Below, one piece after another: positions 1 to 6,143 of a stretch of 18,619 nt of DNA. A model generated the notes under the pieces. It was given only the letters and a program-made list of their open reading frames with translations. It was not told where the DNA came from and made no database searches. Both the position numbers and the translations under genes were made by a program. The DNA is taken from IMG/VR virus record IMGVR_UViG_3300045988_026978, one strand, 5' to 3'. How positions within the stretch are numbered: position 1 is the stretch's first letter; the number at the start of each line of letters is the position of its first letter. This DNA is from a virus.

Positions 1-19
1 GTGTCGCTTATTTTTTTTA

Positions 20-34
20 TTGACACTGTGTCAA
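20..34. promoter_or_regulatory. Inverted repeat TTGACAC-T-GTGTCAA within the ITR (mirror copy 18586..18600)
   Basis: 7-bp arms around one central base, read directly. It contains the terminal pentamer GTGTC (bases 1-5) in both orientations and lies just after a T8 tract (11..18). Confidence 0.6.
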
Positions 35-110
35 TGGTTGTATGTGCAACAGGTTTCGTTGTGGTATTGGTTAACTGGGTTAACTCTTGTTGTCTAATTA
101 TTGCTAAGTT

Positions 111-126
111 ACGGTTACGTAACCGT
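111..126. promoter_or_regulatory. 16-bp perfect palindrome ACGGTTACGTAACCGT within the ITR (mirror copy 18494..18509); operator-like site
   Basis: Self-complementary when reverse-complemented. The flanks extend it to a near-palindrome at 106..131. The related half-site GGTTAACT occurs twice at 69..76 and 78..85. Confidence 0.6.
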
Positions 127-207
127 AGCTTACCGACCGGTTGGCAACTGTCTTTTAGTGTTTTGCTTTGTTTTGTTTTTGGGTGTGTCGTCCGTTTGTT
201 TGTGTTA

Positions 208-216
208 TGATATAGT
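208..216 (+). promoter_or_regulatory. Extended -10 promoter TGATATAGT inside the left ITR, reading inward
   Basis: TGnTATAGT about 29 nt upstream of the ATG at 245, preceded by a T-tract-rich stretch (150..205). The same 9-mer occurs at 4030..4038 (-). I found no good -35. Confidence 0.55.
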
Positions 217-244
217 TATCAACTTCAAGGGAAGGAAAAATAAA

Positions 245-490
245 ATGAATATTTCAAACATGACTCCAAATGAAAAGAACGAACTTCTCACTACGCTGTG
301 GAATGACCCGTCCGTAACGCTTCTGGGCTTCAAGGTCGCCATCGTGACCAGTATTGACCGTGACCAAGCTGTTGACGATTATGGCGTGGCTCAGTATAAT
401 TCTTATCAGTTCCTTCTACCATATGAGACAGATGATGATTTGTACCTGTTTTCTGCTGAGGATATTGAAGCGTTCGCTCGTACTTGGTAA
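245..490 (+). CDS. Hypothetical acidic early protein, 81 aa (the only plus-strand gene)
   Basis: ATG at 245 preceded by GGGAAGGAAAAA (229..240). By my count it has 14 D/E versus 4 K/R. The longer 101.. start lies in the ITR without an RBS. A hairpin follows at 494..526. No recognisable domain. Confidence 0.75.
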   Translation: MNISNMTPNEKNELLTTLWNDPSVTLLGFKVAIVTSIDRDQAVDDYGVAQYNSYQFLLPYETDDDLYLFSAEDIEAFARTW

Positions 491-493
491 TAG

Positions 494-526
494 GAAAGCC
501 CTTAGGCTATTAACCTAGGGGCTTTC
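494..526. terminator. Stem-loop between convergent genes (possible bidirectional terminator)
   Basis: GAAAGCCCTTAGG (494..506) pairs with CCTAGGGGCTTTC (514..526): 13 bp including one G.U, with a 7-nt loop. It lies between the stop at 490 (+) and the stop at 539 (-). The U-tract is weak on both strands. Confidence 0.55.
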
Positions 527-538
527 TTATGCCGCTAA

Positions 539-1216
539 TCAGGCGAATACGAGATACCACGTTGATTTGTCTGCTGGGGCGAGTGCTACGTATCGTGTTG
601 CGCCTGAACCGCCGAGATAGTGTGCCCAAATGTATCCGTCTGCGATCACTCCGCCTTCTGCGAGGTTGACGGTTTGTCCGTAGTGGTATTGGGCTACGAC
701 TTGTGCTGAGGTTGAGGGGGCTGACCTCACGTTGAGTGTGTCCACGTTGACTTTGTAGGTGCGTGGAATGACGGTCACATTATTGTTTGCCGGCGCAGGT
801 GTGGGCGTGTTTGCTGTGCGCGGATGGAAGTAACCGATAATGCCGTTCTTGCTGATCGTGACGTATCCTGCCTTGTTCGGGTTTTGCGACATGGTGTCGA
901 GTGTCCCGTTGCCGTTGTCTCGTACCACAATCGCGACGTGGTTCATGCCTGCTCCGTCCCAAAATGCCACATCACCGTAGGTTGGCGCGTAGTTGGCTGA
1001 CTCTTTGGTGAAGGCGTTTTGCAATGCTTGGGAGCGGTCGTATCGTGCAGTGTAGACGCTTGCTGCGTATCCGTCTACTGTGTTGGTGTCGGCGGCTGGA
1101 ATGCCATACACGTTTCGAGCGTATGAACTCCATAAGTCCCAGCATTGCCCACCATATGCGCCGTCCATGTCCACTACCTGTCCGTTAACGTTGTTCATCC
1201 ATTCTTGAATGTTCAT
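539..1216 (-). CDS. Endolysin: N-terminal CHAP domain plus C-terminal SH3b-like wall-binding domain, 225 aa
   Basis: CHAP signature (GQCWDLW with catalytic Cys; NHVAIVV His). P/T/N-rich linker. SH3b-like pattern (YKVNVDTLNVRSAPS...DGYIWAHY). Sits directly downstream of the holin. RBS AAGGAAAA. Confidence 0.9.
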   Translation of the reverse strand: MNIQEWMNNVNGQVVDMDGAYGGQCWDLWSSYARNVYGIPAADTNTVDGYAASVYTARYDRSQALQNAFTKESANYAPTYGDVAFWDGAGMNHVAIVVRDNGNGTLDTMSQNPNKAGYVTISKNGIIGYFHPRTANTPTPAPANNNVTVIPRTYKVNVDTLNVRSAPSTSAQVVAQYHYGQTVNLAEGGVIADGYIWAHYLGGSGATRYVALAPADKSTWYLVFA

Positions 1217-1217
1217 G

Positions 1218-1589
1218 TTAGTTTTCCTTCTTGTGTTTGGGGGTGTTGGTGTTTGCGAATACGCTCATGAATGGCGCGTCCGCTAGTTCGGGGTTGATTG
1301 CGGTAATGTTTTCCAAAATGGAGGTGAGTTCGATGAGGCTGATACCGCCGACTGTGCATACGAATACGCTGACTGGAAGTCCCAAGTCTACGTGTAGATT
1401 AATCATGTCTACGAAATAGGCTACGAGGGTTAGCATGAGGTAGGCGAACTTGTGCCATAATCCTTGCCGCATTTTCTGGGAGCTGAGCGTGTCGTTGAGT
1501 ATGGCTTTTGCAATGCCGGTAACATAGTCTACAATGATAAAAAAGACTACCGCGAACACACACCACACGTCGGTTGCTGTCATTGTCAT
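1218..1589 (-). CDS. Holin (phage_holin_4-like), 123 aa
   Basis: Several hydrophobic segments. DYVTGI and ELTSILEN motifs typical of this holin family. Charged C-terminus KHKKEN. Stop codon abuts the endolysin start. RBS GAAAGGAAA. Confidence 0.85.
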   Translation of the reverse strand: MTMTATDVWCVFAVVFFIIVDYVTGIAKAILNDTLSSQKMRQGLWHKFAYLMLTLVAYFVDMINLHVDLGLPVSVFVCTVGGISLIELTSILENITAINPELADAPFMSVFANTNTPKHKKEN

Positions 1590-1601
1590 ATTGTTTCCTT
1601 T

Positions 1602-2669
1602 CTATTTTCCTAGCAATTCTCCAATGATTAGTCCAAAATCAGCTTTTACTTGTGAATCATCGAATCGTATTTTACCCAGCCGATAGCCGGTGGTGAGTCT
1701 CCGTATAATGTCATCCGATTTTTTGACGTACCATGTTTTTTCGTCAACATGGTTCGGGTCGAGCGTGTAGACGGGGCGATTATTGTCTTTTGGAATGCGC
1801 CGTGAAACATATTGTGAAACGTGTCCATCGCGTTCGGACACGGAAACCCAAATACCGAATCGCGCGTAGTCGGTAGTGTCCAAGATGTAGGATAGTTCGC
1901 CGTCACTAGGGATGGGCGCTAGCAACGTGTCCGATTCGTCTCGGAATTTGTTTCTGATCGCATAGTCGGCGTAATCGCCGTCGTACTGCTCAAGGAACCG
2001 TCCGAACTTTGATTGTGCGACTTTGGCTGAGAATCCGCCATAGTCGGCCAATTCGAGACATACGAATCCACTGCAATACAGCTTGTATTGTTGTTGATTG
2101 GTTTGCTGTGCGCCAATGTCAAGCCGGTATTTGGCGAAATATGGGTTAGCCTTTTGCACTGCGTTAGACAGAAACAGTACTTTTGTCCTATCCTGCCAAC
2201 GGTCTACCGTATTATAAAACTCAGAAAATGAGTTTACCTCATTACTTAAAAATCGTAGATTGTCGGGGAAAATTTCGTCGAAGATAATCAAGTGTACTTT
2301 CGGGTAGGCCACTGATTTCAATCCGCCCGCCTGTGACAATGCGACGAAATAACAGCATGTCCTCCAGTCCTTTTCGTCCCATGATGTCTTATGCACTTGC
2401 CCTTTTTCGCCATTCACGCGAAACTCGTATGAAGGGAAGAACTCTTGAATGTCTTTGAAGAAGGTTTCCTTGCGGTGTTGTTCCACGTCCGTACGCCTGA
2501 GATAGATGAACTCATGGCCGTGCTTAATGTACTCTTTTATGCCATATCTCTTTGCCGCAAATGTCTTGCCGAGTCCGCGTGCGCCGATCACGAAATTCCA
2601 TGGAGCGTTTCGGGTGAGCAGATTATGCAGATCATAATAGTCGTCTTCGGCCAATGTTTGCAATGCCAT
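1602..2669 (-). CDS. DNA encapsidation (packaging) ATPase, phi29 gp16-like, 355 aa
   Basis: Walker A GARGLGKT and Walker B HLIIFDE. The blocks NFVIGARG, FIYLRR and LSNAV..NPYF align by eye with phi29 gp16. RBS AGGAGGTGA. Confidence 0.95.
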   Translation of the reverse strand: MALQTLAEDDYYDLHNLLTRNAPWNFVIGARGLGKTFAAKRYGIKEYIKHGHEFIYLRRTDVEQHRKETFFKDIQEFFPSYEFRVNGEKGQVHKTSWDEKDWRTCCYFVALSQAGGLKSVAYPKVHLIIFDEIFPDNLRFLSNEVNSFSEFYNTVDRWQDRTKVLFLSNAVQKANPYFAKYRLDIGAQQTNQQQYKLYCSGFVCLELADYGGFSAKVAQSKFGRFLEQYDGDYADYAIRNKFRDESDTLLAPIPSDGELSYILDTTDYARFGIWVSVSERDGHVSQYVSRRIPKDNNRPVYTLDPNHVDEKTWYVKKSDDIIRRLTTGYRLGKIRFDDSQVKADFGLIIGELLGK

Positions 2670-2692
2670 GCGCTCACCTCCTAAAACAATGA

Positions 2693-2722
2693 GAGCGTAA
2701 CGTCATGACCACCGTTACGCTC
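2693..2722 (-). terminator. Stem-loop followed by ATTGTTTTAGGAGG (attenuator/terminator-RBS cassette)
   Basis: GAGCGTAACG (2693..2702) pairs with CGTTACGCTC (2713..2722): 10 bp with a 10-nt loop. On the minus strand it is followed by TCATTGTTTTAGGAGG and then the ATPase ATG. The same ATTGTTTTAGGAGG follows the hairpin at 10831..10863. Confidence 0.45.
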
Positions 2723-2772
2723 CCACTAGTTACGGTCGGCTCAAGGGAAGTCATCACATGCCGACATTCCTT

Positions 2773-2781
2773 ATTATATCA
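2773..2781 (-). promoter_or_regulatory. Extended -10 promoter TGATATAAT (minus strand)
   Basis: Reverse complement of attatatca. It lies immediately after the TAG stop (2784..2786) of the tail lysin gene and upstream of the ATPase-holin-endolysin block. Confidence 0.5.
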
Positions 2782-2783
2782 CA

Positions 2784-3995
2784 CTAGAATGCGGGTGGAT
2801 TCGATTTTCCATCCCACACACTCAACAATGAGTACGCCTGATTGTATCGATTCGCGTACGGCTGGAATGGGTACGTGCTCAGAATATTGTTTTTGAGCTG
2901 TGCGAGATTCGACGCCTTCGGCACCTTGAGCGCGTTCGCGGGTGATTGGTGGTATGCCGTAACCCATAGTATCTGCATTTTATCATCATCATACTGGTGC
3001 GGATATCCGACGTAGTCTTCGGCAAACTGCTTGCGCTGACCCTCATGGGATTCACTACGTGCCGCCCACGCTTGAAATGCCGCCGCCTCTGCCTGCGTGA
3101 GGCTCCGAGTAAACTCGCCCCCTGATTCCATGAGAGCCGCAATCTGCGGCGCGGCGGTTTTGAATGCCGTATAGCCGGTTGGGTCTGCCGTCTTCATGGC
3201 ATTCAACACTTGCAATCGGCGTCCGAAACTCCATTGTGCAATGCCGATACCCTGCAAGTTGGCCGCTTCTACCGCGTCCCAGCGCAAACCGGCTTCCACC
3301 GTGCCGACCACATAGAGGGCGTACGAGTTTTCCGTATTGAGTGAACTGGATGGGTGCCCTTGTCCTTGCGAGTCGGATGGTTGTCCTTGTGATGCTTTTT
3401 CCGAAAAATTGTTCGCCGTAGTCCTGTAGAAGATTCGGGTTCTTGCGCCGCTGTTGTCGGTTTCGTGAAGATAGAGATTATCTCCCTGCCAATGTATCCA
3501 CGCGCCCCCGCGTGCGGTGTCGGGGCGTCCCTGATTGTTATCGCCGGTCGGATTATCCACATCCGGCTTAGACATGGTACGGGGATGCAGATAACCCAAC
3601 AGTCCAGCGGTGGGGAACCATTTGAGGGCGCTGGCGTCCGGATTCTGGGTAATGATGTAAATACTGCCGTCTTTCACGCCATCTGCCGCGACTATCGCAA
3701 CATGCGTATAAGGGGTATATGTGCCGTATCCCCATATTGCCACGTCCCCAGCCACCGGCGAGTATCCATTGGCGGGAATGCGCTCGTATACTTGTTCGCA
3801 CCGTGCGGATACGGGGTATGCGGTATACAGTCCGCCCGCATAGCCGGTGGGGGTGATACAGTCCTGTATAGACATGCCGTACATATCCATACTGTATTTC
3901 GCCCACAAGTCCCAGCATTGCGCCCCGTACGCCCCGTCCATATCCCAGTATCGGTTTTTCGTCTGATCAATCCACTGCGAGAAAGTAATAGCCAT
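2784..3995 (-). CDS. Tail-associated peptidoglycan hydrolase: N-terminal CHAP plus C-terminal phage-tail-lysozyme-like domain (functional analogue of phi29 gp13), 403 aa
   Basis: The N-terminus is paralogous to the endolysin CHAP (DMDGAYGAQCWDLW; THVAIVA; GYLHPRT). The C-terminal part has TVEAG...GIGIAQWSFGRR, resembling lysozyme-like tail domains. Position is between the fibre gene and the ATPase, as for gp13. Confidence 0.75.
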   Translation of the reverse strand: MAITFSQWIDQTKNRYWDMDGAYGAQCWDLWAKYSMDMYGMSIQDCITPTGYAGGLYTAYPVSARCEQVYERIPANGYSPVAGDVAIWGYGTYTPYTHVAIVAADGVKDGSIYIITQNPDASALKWFPTAGLLGYLHPRTMSKPDVDNPTGDNNQGRPDTARGGAWIHWQGDNLYLHETDNSGARTRIFYRTTANNFSEKASQGQPSDSQGQGHPSSSLNTENSYALYVVGTVEAGLRWDAVEAANLQGIGIAQWSFGRRLQVLNAMKTADPTGYTAFKTAAPQIAALMESGGEFTRSLTQAEAAAFQAWAARSESHEGQRKQFAEDYVGYPHQYDDDKMQILWVTAYHQSPANALKVPKASNLAQLKNNILSTYPFQPYANRYNQAYSLLSVWDGKSNPPAF

Positions 3996-4029
3996 ACCAC
4001 CATTATAGCGATATGGCTATCATATGCCG

Positions 4030-4038
4030 ACTATATCA
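4030..4038 (-). promoter_or_regulatory. Extended -10 promoter TGATATAGT (minus strand) overlapping the fibre gene stop codon
   Basis: Reverse complement of actatatca. Its TGA is the stop codon of CDS 4036..5583. The 9-mer is identical to the ITR promoter. Confidence 0.45.
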
Positions 4039-5583
4039 CACTCCTGCGGGAATCATATAGGAGCCTACGAGAATGCCCGTATTGTCCAAATTTCCGGCGT
4101 TCTGGATGCTGAGCGTATTGTTGTCAATGGCTACGAATCCTTTGCCGTCGAAATTCGGGTAGAAATGGGGGTTGCCGATGGTTGCCCATTTCGGCAGTTT
4201 GAAGATACGGGCGGCATTGCTCGGCTTCGCGTTATAGTTGACTTTGAAGCCGATGGACAATATTCCATCATGCTCGTAGATGTTGACGTAATCCCATGTG
4301 CCGCTGATTTGGCTATCGCTTGGACCTCCGTAGTTCGTGGGCCATAGGTCGATACCTGCGGCGACGCAGTGGGCTATCCAATATCCGGCAAGCACGTATC
4401 CCCCACGGCTCAGGTGCGCACCGTCACCACCGTCACCACCGTCCGACGCTTGAGAAGCCACCACGCCGATACGGTATCCGCCCTCATGTACATGAATCCA
4501 GTCGAAACCTAAATCCTTCAAGTTGAGGGTCAATGCCTTCACGACTGCAAGACGGTGCGCCCTATCCGCGCCGTGGTTCTGAGTTTTTGTCAATGTTTGG
4601 CCGACTGCCAACACCATGGGGCAGACGTGGATTTCGGCGTTCGGCGCTTTCGCGTGGATGGTCTGCATGAGTTCGCGAGCCTTGGAGGTGATGACGGATT
4701 CACTGGTACGTTGCTGTTCGAGTCCAGTGGCGTCATTCTGTCCGCCGATGATAATCACGGCGGAAACCTTGCCCTTATCGGGTACGGTGTTCCAAATGTC
4801 GGCAAACGTCCCATCGTCACCGGATACGGCGAAACCTCCAGCCGAGGAACCCTTGTAGTAGAAGCGTTGTGGGCTGAGTTTTTCCTTGATGGCGACGGCG
4901 GGTGACTGGTCGATATGTTTCGCACCACCATAATATCCGTCCACCCAACTATCACCCAACACTACCACATAATCCTTGAGCTTGTCTGGGGTGTGGACGG
5001 CGTTGAGTGCGGCGGTGGCGTCCGTTGCGGCCTTGTCCCACTTGGATTTATTGGCGGTGGCGGTGCCGACTGTGTTGCTGCCAAGGGCGGTCAATGCCTG
5101 ATTATTGCTAGTAGCGGTGGTGGAAGCGGCATCCCACTTGGTTTTATTTGCGGTGGCGGTCGCGGTAGTATTGCTCCCGAGCGCGGTCAATGCCTGAGCG
5201 TTGCTATTGGCGGTGTCCACTGCCTTATTCCACTTGGTTTTTTGTGCGGCGGCATTGACGGTGGAATCAGCTCCGAGCGCGGTGAGCATTGCTGTGTTTG
5301 CATCGGCCTTGCTTGCGGCGGCTGCGGCGTCGATACCTGCTTTATCCCATTTGGTTTTCGACGCGGTTGCGTTGTCCACAGTGTTATCCACAAGCAGTGC
5401 CTTCATGACCGCTTCATCATGGGTTTCACGAGCTTCCACCGATTCGATACGATTCAAGTGCTGTCCCATTGTCGTGTCAATAGCGCGCATACTGCCGTTA
5501 TAGCCGTCGCGCAAGTCGGCGGGGTCGTTGTCGCCATACAGGTTCAATCCATAATTGTCGGTTTTCGTATATACTGTAGCCAT
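4036..5583 (-). CDS. Tail fibre/appendage protein with SGNH (GDSL) hydrolase domain, 515 aa
   Basis: N-terminal docking motif NYGLNLYGDNDPADLRDGYNGSMRAID. Four Ala/Thr-rich repeats containing K(T/S)KW. SGNH blocks LGDSW (I), IIIGGQNDA (III) and DGAHLS (V). Roughly 100-aa C-terminal domain. Confidence 0.8.
   Translation of the reverse strand: MATVYTKTDNYGLNLYGDNDPADLRDGYNGSMRAIDTTMGQHLNRIESVEARETHDEAVMKALLVDNTVDNATASKTKWDKAGIDAAAAASKADANTAMLTALGADSTVNAAAQKTKWNKAVDTANSNAQALTALGSNTTATATANKTKWDAASTTATSNNQALTALGSNTVGTATANKSKWDKAATDATAALNAVHTPDKLKDYVVVLGDSWVDGYYGGAKHIDQSPAVAIKEKLSPQRFYYKGSSAGGFAVSGDDGTFADIWNTVPDKGKVSAVIIIGGQNDATGLEQQRTSESVITSKARELMQTIHAKAPNAEIHVCPMVLAVGQTLTKTQNHGADRAHRLAVVKALTLNLKDLGFDWIHVHEGGYRIGVVASQASDGGDGGDGAHLSRGGYVLAGYWIAHCVAAGIDLWPTNYGGPSDSQISGTWDYVNIYEHDGILSIGFKVNYNAKPSNAARIFKLPKWATIGNPHFYPNFDGKGFVAIDNNTLSIQNAGNLDNTGILVGSYMIPAGV
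5014..5370 (-). repeat. Imperfect in-frame tandem repeats (about four units; spacings 96, 96 and 117 nt)
   Basis: CCCACTTGG-like cores at about 5037, 5133, 5229 and 5346 on the plus strand. They encode KTKWDKA / KTKWNKA / KTKWDAA / KSKWDKA with LTALG(A/S) segments. Confidence 0.85.
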
Positions 5584-5588
5584 TTACG

Positions 5589-5771
5589 TTAGTTCTTCTC
5601 TCGAATTTGAGTCTGCAATTGGGTGAGAATCTGGTCGATCATGCGCATGGCACGATTGTAACCATCTCTCAAGTCAATGGAGGTAGCGTCATTGTAGAGG
5701 GGTAGCCCCCAATGTCGTGTTACGTCGTACGCGACTACGTCGACGGGCGTAATCTGCTGATTGTCTGCCAT
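5589..5771 (-). CDS. Stand-alone tail-fibre N-terminal docking module, 60 aa
   Basis: HWGLPLYNDATSIDLRDGYNRAMRMIDQIL aligns with the N-termini of the 515-aa and 117-aa proteins. ATG with GGGAAG RBS. Tightly packed between neighbouring genes. Confidence 0.65.
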   Translation of the reverse strand: MADNQQITPVDVVAYDVTRHWGLPLYNDATSIDLRDGYNRAMRMIDQILTQLQTQIREKN

Positions 5772-5777
5772 AATACG

Positions 5778-6131
5778 TCACTTCCCTGACGCGGTGGTGG
5801 AAACGAACGGCAATCCTTCCGCCGTAACCTTCGTGTCGTTGAGATTCTTGACCGTGTACTGTCCACCACCAGCTGCTGGAACACGATTGAGGAGATGATT
5901 GAGCGCAGTTCCGAGCGCACCGGCGTTCGCGGCAGTCAATCCGAGCGCGGTGGTGAACGCCTTCAACCCTGTCGGTAATGATTCCGGTGTTGGGATTGCG
6001 TCGATTCTGTCCGACTGGGTTTTTAGCGTCGTGTCAAGAATGTCCATCGAACGGTTGTACGAACCTTCGAGGTTCGGCGCGTCGGTTGCGCTGTATTTTT
6101 CAAGATTGTAGTTCGGTGTCTTCTGTACCAT
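5778..6131 (-). CDS. Small fibre/appendage-like protein sharing the docking module, 117 aa
   Basis: NYNLEKYSATDAPNLEGSYNRSMDILDTTL matches the same N-terminal motif. It also contains TALG-type segments like the fibre repeats. Strong RBS AAGGAG. Confidence 0.7.
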   Translation of the reverse strand: MVQKTPNYNLEKYSATDAPNLEGSYNRSMDILDTTLKTQSDRIDAIPTPESLPTGLKAFTTALGLTAANAGALGTALNHLLNRVPAAGGGQYTVKNLNDTKVTAEGLPFVSTTASGK

Positions 6132-6143
6132 TGTTGCTACTCC

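Larger units (their letters stand above)
1..238. repeat. Left inverted terminal repeat (ITR), 238 bp, perfect reverse complement of 18382..18619
   Basis: Reverse-complementing 18361..18619 block by block gives identity with 1..238; the first mismatch is at 239. The repeat starts at base 1 of the window. Confidence 0.97.

Noticed and set aside
1-210. 69-aa ORFs inside both ITRs (1..210 + and 18410..18619 -), hydrophobic-looking, starting with GTG at the very first base
   Set aside because: They start at the physical end of the molecule, so no promoter or RBS can precede them. The hydrophobic look follows from the T/G-rich repeat. They are identical only because of the ITR.
2758-2787. 9-codon plus-strand mini-ORF preceded by CAAGGGAAG (shares the 10-mer TCAAGGGAAG with the ITR RBS region)
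   Set aside because: Too short, on the non-coding strand of a single-strand genome, and overlapping a minus-strand promoter motif. The shared 10-mer is most likely coincidental.
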